Source: Diaphorobacter ruginosibacter (GTDB lineage Bacteria > Pseudomonadota > Gammaproteobacteria > Burkholderiales > Burkholderiaceae_C). From it: DNA of 64,000 nucleotides. Under the pieces are notes generated by a model that searched no databases, was not told the DNA's origin, and saw nothing but the letters and a program-made list of their open reading frames with translations. Both the position numbers and the translations under genes were made by a program. Each line of letters begins with the position of its first letter. Position 1 is the first letter of the stretch. Where the stretch lies: contig NZ_CP060714.1 of assembly GCF_014395975.1 (NCBI RefSeq), positions 4,463,686 to 4,527,685 of the forward strand, in the 5' to 3' direction. Below, piece by piece: positions 18,808 to 28,200 of the stretch.

Positions 18808-19577
18808 CCCATCTTCTTGATGCGCTTGACCATTTCCTTCGCGAAATCGACGAAGGCCTGGCTGCCCTTGGCGTTCGGGTCGAACACCACGCCGGGCAGG
18901 CCGTAGCTGGGAGCTTCGGCCAGACGCACGTTGCGCGGAATGACGGTGTCGAACACCTTGTCGCCGAAGTGGTCCTTGAGCTGCTCGCTCACCTGGCTCT
19001 GCAGCGTGATGCGCGGGTCGTACATCACGCGCAGCAGGCCGATCACCTGCAGGTCGGGGTTCAGGTTGGCGTGCACCTGCTTGATGGTGTTGACCAGATC
19101 GGTCAGCCCTTCCAGCGCGAAGTATTCGCACTGCATGGGAACGACCACGCCGTTCGCGCTGCACAGGCCGTTGAGCGTGAGCATCGAGAGGCTGGGCGGG
19201 CAGTCGATCAGCACGAAGTCGTAGTCCTTGTCCACGGCGGCAAGGGCCGCCTTGAGGCGCCGCTCACGCTGCTCGAGCGTGACCAGCTCGACTTCGGCAC
19301 CGGCCAGTTCGCGATTGGCGCCAAGCACGTGGTAGCCGCACTGCTCCGAGAAAACGGCGGCCTCCTTGATGCCGGCGGTTTCCAGCAGCACGTCGTACAC
19401 GCTGAGCTCGAGGGAGCGCTTGTCCACGCCCGAGCCCATGGTCGCATTGCCCTGCGGGTCCAGATCGACCATGAGCACGCGTTGCTTGATCCGGGCAAGA
19501 CCTGCCGCGAGGTTCACGGTGGTCGTGGTCTTGCCCACTCCACCCTTCTGATTGGCGATGCAGAAAATCTTGGCCAT
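18804..19577 (-). CDS. parA: chromosome partitioning ATPase ParA (Soj)
   Basis: MAKIFCIANQKGGVGKTTT, deviant Walker A. Confidence 0.95.
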   Translation of the reverse strand: MAKIFCIANQKGGVGKTTTTVNLAAGLARIKQRVLMVDLDPQGNATMGSGVDKRSLELSVYDVLLETAGIKEAAVFSEQCGYHVLGANRELAGAEVELVTLEQRERRLKAALAAVDKDYDFVLIDCPPSLSMLTLNGLCSANGVVVPMQCEYFALEGLTDLVNTIKQVHANLNPDLQVIGLLRVMYDPRITLQSQVSEQLKDHFGDKVFDTVIPRNVRLAEAPSYGLPGVVFDPNAKGSQAFVDFAKEMVKRIKKMG

Positions 19578-19598
19578 GCGATCTTTTCGAAGTGCTTG

Positions 19599-20213
19599 TT
19601 ATTTGGAAATGGCCAGCTTGACGCCGAAGCCGATGAGAAAAGTACCTGCCGTCTTTTCGAGCATGTTCACGATCCGTGGGTTGGCGCGCATGCGCTCGGC
19701 CAGGAAGTGCGTCAGCAGGATCATGATCGTCGAATAGAGCAGGGTCAGGGTCGCCACCGTGGCCGCCATTGCCGCAAAAGTGACAAGGCCGCGGTGTGTC
19801 TGCGGATTGACGAACAACGGAAAGAACGCCATGTAGAACACGATGGCCTTCGGGTTGAACAGCGTGATGATCGCGCCCTGCCGGAAGTAGTGATGCGGCC
19901 TGATGTTGACCACCGGCGCGTCGCCGGGCTTGGCGCGCAGCATGCGCCAGCCAATCCAGGCGAGGTAGGCGGCACCCACCCACTGCACCATGTGGAATGC
20001 TGCGGGATAGGCGGCCATCAGGCCGGCCACGCCACCCACCGCCGCCCACATGAGCATCTGGTCGGCACAGATCACGCCGAATGTGGAGGCAAAGCCGCCG
20101 CGGAAGCCCCCCTTGCTGGTCGACGTGATCAACGCCAGATTCCCGGGGCCGGGAATGCACAGGAACAGGATGATCGCGGCGACGAAAGCGCCGTAGTCCG
20201 AGATGCCAAACAT
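19599..20213 (-). CDS. LysE/RhtB-family amino acid exporter
   Basis: 204 aa, 6 TM, LysE family N-terminus (FLCIPGPGNLAL). Confidence 0.85.
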   Translation of the reverse strand: MFGISDYGAFVAAIILFLCIPGPGNLALITSTSKGGFRGGFASTFGVICADQMLMWAAVGGVAGLMAAYPAAFHMVQWVGAAYLAWIGWRMLRAKPGDAPVVNIRPHHYFRQGAIITLFNPKAIVFYMAFFPLFVNPQTHRGLVTFAAMAATVATLTLLYSTIMILLTHFLAERMRANPRIVNMLEKTAGTFLIGFGVKLAISK

Positions 20214-20265
20214 GGGGATAACCTTCGCGCAGGACGAAAAGACGAGTCCCTAGTTTAAGCCACGC

Positions 20266-20922
20266 TCACGACTTGGGCCTCATCCACACAATGCAACGGT
20301 CTGCATCAAGGCCGGGCACTACCAGTTGTTCCACGTGAAACACCTCCACGTCGGCGCCCAGGGCGGCCTGCTCGTCATCGGTTTGCTTGCCCTTCATGGC
20401 CAGCCATACGGCGTGATCCGCGAGAGCCTGCCGCGACCATGTCGTGAAGTCGATCAGCGACGCGAATGCGCGGCAGCTCACGACATCGAACTTCTGCGTC
20501 AGCGTCTCGACCCGCGCATGGATTCCATGCAGATTGGGAAGGCGCAGGGCCGCCGCTGCCTGGTTGATGAACGCGGCCTTCTTGGCCACCGTATCGACGC
20601 AGCTCACATCCAGGTCCGGGCAGCAGATGGCGAACACCACGCCCGGCAGCCCTCCTCCCGACCCGACGTCCAGCAGTTTCTCGCGCTGGCCTGCGGGCAT
20701 GGCTGCGAGGTGCCGCTGCAGCGGCTTGACCGCAGCCAGGCTGTCCAGCAGATGGTGCGTGAGCATTTCCTGCGGATCACGCACGGATGTGAGGTTGTAG
20801 ACCTTGTTCCACTTCTGCAAGAGCGATTGGAACTCCATCAGCTGCGCGAGTTGGGATTCGCCCAGATCAAGCTCCAGGTCCTGCGCACCCTCGCGCAGTT
20901 GAGTCAACAGTTGCTCGCTCAT
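20266..20922 (-). CDS. rsmG: 16S rRNA (guanine527-N7)-methyltransferase RsmG (GidB)
   Basis: GidB family with SAM motif [12 protein letters not shown]; 4-nt overlap with mnmG. Confidence 0.9.
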   Translation of the reverse strand: MSEQLLTQLREGAQDLELDLGESQLAQLMEFQSLLQKWNKVYNLTSVRDPQEMLTHHLLDSLAAVKPLQRHLAAMPAGQREKLLDVGSGGGLPGVVFAICCPDLDVSCVDTVAKKAAFINQAAAALRLPNLHGIHARVETLTQKFDVVSCRAFASLIDFTTWSRQALADHAVWLAMKGKQTDDEQAALGADVEVFHVEQLVVPGLDADRCIVWMRPKS

Positions 20923-22892
20923 GCCTCTGCTTCCACGCTCTGTGCCGTCATGTTGGCGAACTCCTTGAAGCCACCCTTCTTCAGGTGCACCATCAGCAGC
21001 GAGATGGCCGCCGGAGTCACCCCGGAAATGCGCGAGGCCTGGCCCAATGTCTCAGGCCGATGTTTCTGCAGCTTCTGGCGCACCTCGAACGATAGAGCGG
21101 CGACCTGCATGTAGTCCAGTTCCGCAGGCAGGCGCAGCTTCTCGAAATGAGCGGCGCGCTCCACCTCGTCCTTCTGCCGATCGATGTAGCCGGAATACTT
21201 GGCGGCGATGTCCACCTGCTCGATCACGGCCTCGCTGAGATCGCCCAGCGTTTCACGTGAAACATCGGGGCTTGCATACTTGCCGCCATTCATCTGCGTC
21301 AGATCCGCATAGCCGACATTGGGCCGGCGCAGCAGTTCGAACAGGTTGTACTCATGGTCGATGGCCTTCCCCAGGACACGCTCAGATTCTTCGGCTGGCA
21401 GGTTGCGCGGATTTACCCAGGTGGATTTCAGGCGCTCTGTTTCACGTGAAACAGCGTCGCGCTTGCGGCTGAATGCATCCCAGCGTGCATCGTCGATCAG
21501 GCCCATGTTGCGCGCAGCCTCGGTCAGGCGCATGTCGGCATTGTCTTCGCGCAGCTGCAGGCGGAATTCGGCGCGGCTGGTGAACATGCGATAGGGTTCG
21601 GTCACGCCCTTGGTGATCAGGTCATCCACCAGCACACCGAGGTAGGCCTCATCGCGGCGTGGCACCCAGGCCTCCTGCTCTCTGCATTGCAGCGCGGCGT
21701 TGATACCGGCGAACATACCCTGCGCCGCGGCCTCTTCGTATCCGGTGGTGCCGTTGATCTGTCCTGCAAAGAACAGGCCATGGATCTGGCGGGTCTCGAA
21801 GCTGCTCTTGAGCGCACGCGGATCGAAGTAGTCGTACTCGATCGCATAGCCGGGGCGCAGGATGTGGGCGTTCTCCAGTCCACGAATGCTGCGCACCAGG
21901 TCGTACTGGATGTCGAACGGCAGGCTGGTGGAAATACCGTTGGGGTAGTACTCGTTCGTGGTCAGGCCTTCGGGCTCCAGGAAAATCTGGTGGCTTTCCT
22001 TGTCCGCGAAACGGTTGATTTTGTCCTCGACGCTAGGACAGTAGCGCGGCCCCACGCCGTCGATCTTGCCGGTGAACATGGGACTGCGGTCGAAGCCCGA
22101 ACGGATGATTTCGTGCGTGCGCGCATTGGTGTGGGTGATCCAGCAGGGCATCTGCGTCGGATGCATGGCCACATGGCCCATGAAGCTGAAAACCGGCAGG
22201 ATGCCTTCGTTCACCCCGCCCGGCATGCCGTCGCCGGGCTGTTCCTCGCACTGGGAGAAATCGATGCTGCGGCCGTCGATGCGTGGCGGCGTGCCGGTCT
22301 TGAGGCGCCCCTGCGGCAGCTGGAGTTCCTTGAGGCGCGACGACAGCGTGACGGCCGGCGGGTCGCCGGCGCGGCCCGCCGCGTAGTTGTCCAGCCCCAC
22401 ATGGATCTTGCCATCGAGGAAGGTCCCCGCCGTCAGCACCACCGTGCGGCCTCGGAACTTGATCCCGACCTGCGTGACGGCACCCACTACCCGGTCACCC
22501 TCCACCATCAGGTCGTCCACCGCCTGCTGGAACAGCCACAGGTTCGGCTGATTCTCCAGTATGTCGCGGATGGCTGCCTTGTACAGAATGCGATCAGCCT
22601 GTGCGCGCGTGGCACGCACGGCGGGACCCTTGGAGCTGTTCAAGATGCGGAACTGGATGCCGCCCTTGTCCGTCGCCAGCGCCATGGCGCCACCCATCGC
22701 GTCCACTTCCTTGACGAGATGACCCTTGCCAATACCGCCGATGCTCGGGTTGCAGCTCATCTGCCCGAGCGTCTCGATGTTGTGCGAGAGCAGCAGGGTC
22801 TTGCAACCCATGCGTGCCGCAGCAAGCGCGGCTTCTGTTCCGGCGTGTCCGCCGCCGACTACGATGACATCAAAATTCTGGGGATACAACAT
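20919..22892 (-). CDS. mnmG: tRNA uridine-5-carboxymethylaminomethyl modification enzyme MnmG (GidA)
   Basis: [29 protein letters not shown], full-length GidA; ATG at 22892. Confidence 0.95.
   Translation of the reverse strand: MLYPQNFDVIVVGGGHAGTEAALAAARMGCKTLLLSHNIETLGQMSCNPSIGGIGKGHLVKEVDAMGGAMALATDKGGIQFRILNSSKGPAVRATRAQADRILYKAAIRDILENQPNLWLFQQAVDDLMVEGDRVVGAVTQVGIKFRGRTVVLTAGTFLDGKIHVGLDNYAAGRAGDPPAVTLSSRLKELQLPQGRLKTGTPPRIDGRSIDFSQCEEQPGDGMPGGVNEGILPVFSFMGHVAMHPTQMPCWITHTNARTHEIIRSGFDRSPMFTGKIDGVGPRYCPSVEDKINRFADKESHQIFLEPEGLTTNEYYPNGISTSLPFDIQYDLVRSIRGLENAHILRPGYAIEYDYFDPRALKSSFETRQIHGLFFAGQINGTTGYEEAAAQGMFAGINAALQCREQEAWVPRRDEAYLGVLVDDLITKGVTEPYRMFTSRAEFRLQLREDNADMRLTEAARNMGLIDDARWDAFSRKRDAVSRETERLKSTWVNPRNLPAEESERVLGKAIDHEYNLFELLRRPNVGYADLTQMNGGKYASPDVSRETLGDLSEAVIEQVDIAAKYSGYIDRQKDEVERAAHFEKLRLPAELDYMQVAALSFEVRQKLQKHRPETLGQASRISGVTPAAISLLMVHLKKGGFKEFANMTAQSVEAEA
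21249..21264. promoter_or_regulatory. parS-like site (CGTTTCACGTGAAACA, 1 mismatch)
   Basis: 15/16 to the parS consensus TGTTTCACGTGAAACA. Lies inside mnmG and encodes VSRET. Confidence 0.7.
21438..21453. promoter_or_regulatory. parS site (TGTTTCACGTGAAACA, perfect 16-bp palindrome)
   Basis: Exact parS consensus. Inside mnmG, also encoding VSRET. Confidence 0.85.
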
Positions 22893-23124
22893 GAAAGGAG
22901 CGCCTTTCGGGGACGCGCTGGCCCGCAAACTACTACCCGTGCACCTCCGGCCGCGCGCAACCGGAAGCCAGGCCGATACGCTCATGCCGCAGGAACTGCG
23001 CTACATGGCCGGCCTGAAAGAGCCCAGCCTGAATGGGCCGGGAAACCCCTGATTTTCCCACGCTCCGGCCAATCTGTCCCGATGGCCCTCCAAGCAGCCC
23101 CCAGGATCTTCCGGATGGCACTGC

Positions 23125-23140
23125 TGTTTCACGTGAAACG
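23125..23140. promoter_or_regulatory. parS-like site (TGTTTCACGTGAAACG, 1 mismatch)
   Basis: Intergenic, upstream of mnmG. Confidence 0.75.
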
Positions 23141-23293
23141 CCGTCGCGACGCCTCCTCTTTTGGGGTCCATGGGTTGCCTATTTTTTAGTCAATCACCAT
23201 CAATGGCCCGATCCTGCAAACCCGCCCGAGTCGGTATAGCATGTTCGAGGAAGCTTTCATTCCACCGTCTTTCGATTGAAAAAAGGAAACCTC

Positions 23294-23902
23294 ATGAAGC
23301 TCTATTACTCGCCCGGCGCCTGTTCCCTGTCGCCACACATCGTGCTGCAGGAATTGGGCCTGCCCTACACCCCCGTGCTGGCCAGCACCAAGTCGCACAA
23401 GCTGCAGGACGGAACGGACTTCTACACCATCAACCCGCTCGGCTATGTCCCCCTGCTGGAGCTTGACGACGGCAAGCGCCTGCACGAAGGCCCGGCCATC
23501 GTCCAGTACCTGGCCGACCAGGCCCCCGACAAGAAGCTGGCTCCCGCCAACGGCACGTGGGAGCGCTACAAGCTGCAGGAATGGCTGACGTTCATCGGCA
23601 CCGAACTGCACAAGAGCTTCAGCCCGCTGTTCAATCCCGCATCCACCGACGACGTGAAGAATGGTGCGCGCGAGCGCATCACCGGCCGCCTGCAGTTCGT
23701 CGAGAACGAACTGGCCGGCAAGCAATACCTGATGGGCGAGCAGTTCACCGTGGCCGATGCCTACCTGTTCACCGTGACCAACTGGGCCAAGCTGACGGGC
23801 GTGGACCTCTCCGGCTTCCCGAACCTCAACCAGTACCGCGAACGCGTTGGCGCCCGCCCGGCCGTCGTGTCTGCGATGAAGGCCGAAGGCCTGATCAAGT
23901 GA
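23294..23902 (+). CDS. glutathione S-transferase
   Basis: MKLYYSPGACSLSPHIVLQELGLPY is a GST N-terminal thioredoxin-like domain. An alternative ATG at 23276 is possible. Confidence 0.85.
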   Translation: MKLYYSPGACSLSPHIVLQELGLPYTPVLASTKSHKLQDGTDFYTINPLGYVPLLELDDGKRLHEGPAIVQYLADQAPDKKLAPANGTWERYKLQEWLTFIGTELHKSFSPLFNPASTDDVKNGARERITGRLQFVENELAGKQYLMGEQFTVADAYLFTVTNWAKLTGVDLSGFPNLNQYRERVGARPAVVSAMKAEGLIK

Positions 23903-24085
23903 TCCCGCGCAGCATTCGCTGCAGCAGGTTCTAGGTTCCAGAGAGTCCGGCATGTCCGCAAGGGTGTGCCGGATTCTTTGTTTGAACGAACCTTCGTCGC
24001 AGCAAGGGCTTGTACCGTGGGAGTGCACGTCCGGAAGCGGCGGATTAACCTAGCCTCTTCTCGAACCTTGAGCACGAAAGGCACC

Positions 24086-25201
24086 ATGACCTCCGCATTG
24101 TTCTCCCCCATCCAGGTCGGCGATCTGCGCCTTGCCAATCGCATCGCGATGGCGCCACTCACGCGCAACCGCTCCCCCGATGCCATCCCCCAACCCGTCA
24201 CGGCCACCTACTATGAACAGCGGGCCAGTGCAGGCCTGCTGATCACCGAAGCGACGGCCATCGATCCGCAGGCGCAGGGCTATGCCGACGTGCCGGGCCT
24301 GTACTCCAGCGAGCAGCTCGATGGCTGGAAGCGGGTCACCGATGCGGTTCACGCACGCGGCGGCAAGATCGTCACGCAGCTCTGGCATGTGGGCCGCATC
24401 TCGCACAACGACCTGCAGCCGGGCCACCAGGCGCCTGTGGCGGCTTCCGCCATCCAGGCGCGAAGCAAGACCTACCTGATCGACAAGACCAGCGGCAAGG
24501 GCCACTTCGTCCCCACCTCCATGCCGCGGGCCCTCAAGGTGCAGGAGCTTCCCGGCATCGTGCACCACTATGTCCAGGCCGCCCGCAGCGCGGTGCAGAG
24601 CGCCGGCTTCGACGGTGTCGAGATCCACGCAGCCAACGGCTATCTGCTCGAGCAGTTCCTCAAGGACGGCGCCAACCAGCGTACGGACGACTATGGCGGC
24701 TCCATCGAGAACCGCGCGCGGCTGATGCTGGAGGTCACGCGCGCCGTCGTCGATGCCGTGGGCGGCGGCAGGGTCGGCATTCGCCTCTCCCCCGTCACGC
24801 CGGCCAACGACATCGTGGACAGCGCGCCGCAGCCCCTGTTCGAGTATCTGGCGCGGCAGCTCGCACCGCTGGGCCTCGCCTACATTCATGTGATCGAGGG
24901 CGCCACGGGCGGCTCGCGCGAGGTGGAAGGCCGTCCGTTCGACTACCTGAGCTTCAAGGACGCCTACCGCCAGCATGGCGGCAAGGGCGTCTGGATGGTG
25001 AACAACGGCTACGACGGCGCCATGGCCGAGAAGGCGATCGCCAGCGGCCATGCCGACATGGTGGCTTTCGGCAAGCTGTTCATCTCCAACCCGGACCTGG
25101 TGAGGCGCCTGCACGACAAGGCCCCGCTCAACCCCTGGGACCAGTCGACGTTCTACGGCGGCGGCGAGCACGGCTATACCGACTACCCGGCCCTCGGCTG
25201 A
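24086..25201 (+). CDS. Old Yellow Enzyme-family NADH:flavin oxidoreductase (NemA-like)
   Basis: MTSALFSPIQVGDLRLANRIAMAPLTRNR...QLWHVGRISH, 371 aa. Confidence 0.85.
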   Translation: MTSALFSPIQVGDLRLANRIAMAPLTRNRSPDAIPQPVTATYYEQRASAGLLITEATAIDPQAQGYADVPGLYSSEQLDGWKRVTDAVHARGGKIVTQLWHVGRISHNDLQPGHQAPVAASAIQARSKTYLIDKTSGKGHFVPTSMPRALKVQELPGIVHHYVQAARSAVQSAGFDGVEIHAANGYLLEQFLKDGANQRTDDYGGSIENRARLMLEVTRAVVDAVGGGRVGIRLSPVTPANDIVDSAPQPLFEYLARQLAPLGLAYIHVIEGATGGSREVEGRPFDYLSFKDAYRQHGGKGVWMVNNGYDGAMAEKAIASGHADMVAFGKLFISNPDLVRRLHDKAPLNPWDQSTFYGGGEHGYTDYPALG

Positions 25202-25210
25202 GTTCTCCGC

Positions 25211-25240
25211 GCACGGCCCTGCCCGCCTGGGGCCCGGGCC
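25211..25240. terminator. GC-rich hairpin between convergent genes (possible bidirectional terminator)
   Basis: CACGGCCC-N14-GGGCCGTG between the NemA-like stop (25201) and the giant gene stop (25250). No T-tract. Confidence 0.35.
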
Positions 25241-25249
25241 GTGCCGGTC

Positions 25250-28200
25250 TCACTTCCTCGTGTCGATCTCGTCGCGCGCCATCTTGTTGAAGGCGTTGTC
25301 GATCTCGTCGGCCCGCAGCGTGGGCTTGCCGTCGCCATGGCGGCGCAGCGCATCGATCTGCTCCTGCATGCGCGTGGCCACCTGCATGAGCACGCGGTGC
25401 AGGCCCAGCTGCTGGCGCCGCGAATGCTCCAGGTGATCTGCCACGGGCTGCATGGCCGTCTGAACGATGGCCCCCAGAAGCTGCGCAGAGCGCTCTGGCG
25501 CGTCATCTGCGTCCGCCCTACCCTCACCCCCAGGCACGGGCTTTTGAACGCTTGAGAGCGCGTTTCCGATGCGCTGCAGCGATTCATCCGTCGCACGCTG
25601 TGCCGCCTGCAGCTGTCCCAGCAATTCACCCCATTCGCCCTGCGAGCGCTGGGACTGCGCCTGCTGCAATTGCCCGAGCTTGAGCCAGAGCTGCCCCTGC
25701 TTCTCCGACTGCGACAGCTGCTTCTCGGTGCTGCTGTGCTGTGCGCCCGCCAGATCACGCGTCGCGGCCACCAGATCCACCAGCTGCGACGCCACGCGCG
25801 TACCGGCATCGGCCCCCGCACCGCCCATCGCCTTCTGGCGCAGGAACTCGGCCTTGATGTCGCCCCAGCGCGCCGCCTGCTCCGCATCGAGCGCACCGCG
25901 CAGCTCGCGCAGCTTGAGCAGGTTTTCCTCCGCGCCCGTGGTCAGCATCTGCGCCTCGCCCTGGTAGTGGTCGTCGAGCATCTGCTGCATTTCCGCATCG
26001 TTCATCACCGGCGTGATCTTCTCGGCCAGCTTGTTCATGTTGCGGTAGCTGCCCTGCAGCTTGAACGGCGGCTCCTTGCGGTAGTGATCATCCTGGGCCG
26101 CGCTCTGGATGTACTGTTGATTCACGTGAAACACGATCTCGCGCACCTTGAGCATGCGCTGCAGCGTGGCATCGATCTCGCGCAGCTCGGCGGACGAGTA
26201 CTCGTAGCTCAGCGCATTGCCCGACACCTCCTTGCCCTGTGCCTTCTCGATCAGCAGGTACAGGTCCTGCAGGCTGCGCGTCGCCATGGGGGCGAGCACG
26301 GCGTTGGAGGTCATGCTGTTCTCGATGTAGCTCAGCTTGAACACTTCCTCCATCCCGCCCAGCACATCGCCCAGGTTGTAGATATCGGCACGGTTGGCCA
26401 GCATGTCCGGAATCTTGAACACCTCGCCCGACTCTGTGTACGGGTTGCCCGACATGACGATGCAAAAGCGCTTGCCGCGCAGGTCATGGGTCTTGGTCTG
26501 CCCGCGCCACACGCCCTCGATGCGGCGCGTGCCGTCCGAGAGTGAAATGAACTTCTGCAGGAACTCCGGGTGCGTGTGCTGGATGTCGTCGATGTACAGC
26601 ATCACGTTGTTCGCCATCTCGAGCGCGAGGTTGAGCTTCTCGAGCTCCTTGGCGGCGGTGGCGTCGGGTGCCTGTGCGGGATCCAGCGAGCGCACGGAAT
26701 GGCCCAGCGCCGGGCCGTTGATCTTCATGAAGATCAGCCCCAGGCGGCTCGCCACGTACTCCATCAGCGTCGTCTTGCCGTAGCCCGGCGGCGAGATCAT
26801 CATCAGCAGGCCCATCTGGTCGGTACGCCGGGTCTCGCCCACCGCGCCGATCTGCTTGGCCAGGTTGTCGCCGATCACCGGCAGGTAGCTCTCGTTGATG
26901 AGCTTGTTGCGCACGAACGAGGTGAGCGGCCTGGCCTTGAACTCCTCCACGCGGATGCGCTCGCGGTAGCCCTTGAGCACCTGCTGGCGCAGCTGTTGAT
27001 AACGTTCGAACTCCGGCACGAAGATGCGGAAGTGGTGCGCCGCGCGCATGCCCAGGTCATCGATCTGCAGCGCCATGCGGCCGCCGTCGATGCGCGGGTG
27101 CTGGCCCAGCAGGCCCGTGACTTCGGCACGCAGGTCCACCGTGCTCACGGTGTTCGGCAGATGGCTTGCGCAGGTCAGCCAGGCCGCCGCCTCGCCGCAG
27201 TAGGCCAGCAGCGCATCGCCCTCTGCCGTCTTGAGCGCCCGGCACGCCGTCTGCAGCCAATGCAGCGCGCTGCGCCAGCGCTCCGACAGCGGCGCGACGT
27301 GATGGCCGTTGCTGCGCTGGTGGCGTGTGTCGCCCTGCCAGTACTGCAGCATCTCGTCCCATTGCTGCGGGTTCTGCGCATCGCTCCTGAGCACGCCCTG
27401 CAGTGCCGCAACCGCCGACTGGCCGTAGCTCGAGAAATGAAAGCGCAGCGCCTTCTGTGCGAGCTCCGCCTGCAGGTAGTTGGCGGCCGAACGGATGAGG
27501 CCGTCGATGTCGCCGTGCGCCGACAGGCCATGGAACAGTTCGAGCAGGCCGCCCTCCTCCGCAAAGGTCCGCAGTTGCACACCGATGTCGGCCTGCAGCG
27601 ACTGCAGTTCCGTCTCGCTTGCGAACAGCGCCTGCATGGACTGTGCGTGCTGCGCACGGCGCGGCCACTGTGCGATCGCGCCGGCCAGTTGCGGCTGCTG
27701 GATGCGCTCGTGCTCGCTCCAGAACAGCACGGCCAGCGCGCGTGCATCGGGGCCGAAACGCAGCACGCCGGCCGCGTCGCGCAGCGGCAGCAGCGTCTGC
27801 AGGATGAGCGCCGCATCATGGTCGTGGATGCCGCGCTCGTAGCCTTCGCGGTAGCGGGGCGCGGCAAACTCGCGCACCGCCTGGGTGAGCGCGGCGTGGT
27901 CGAGCGCCAGTTGCCGCAACCGCACCTCATCCCAGCCATCGGCGCGATTGCGCGCGGCCAGCAGCAGGCTGAGGGCAAGGTATTCGCCACGGTAGAACTG
28001 CGGCGACTCCGCCGGCGTCGACACATCCCAATAGGCCTGCAACTGCGCAAGCTCGGGGTTGTCCACCGCCTCGAAATACTCGGTGCCCACCAGATGCAGG
28101 AACAGCTCCCGCCCCTCCGCACCCCGCGGTAGCAGCGTGAGCTCCAGGTCCTGGTTGCCCACGCTGAACTTGTGGCGCCCGAGCTTGATGACGTTGCCGC

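Noticed and set aside
25183-25896. 237-aa Arg-rich minus-strand ORF
   Set aside because: It overlaps the 3' end of the giant gene in another frame. Its composition (R/A/S-rich) is typical of spurious high-GC ORFs.
21249-26132. Repeated GTTTCACGTGAAAC copies as a CRISPR array or mobile-element repeats
   Set aside because: The copies are irregularly spaced over about 5 kb, lie partly inside conserved genes, and match the parS consensus. They are therefore partition sites, not CRISPR repeats.
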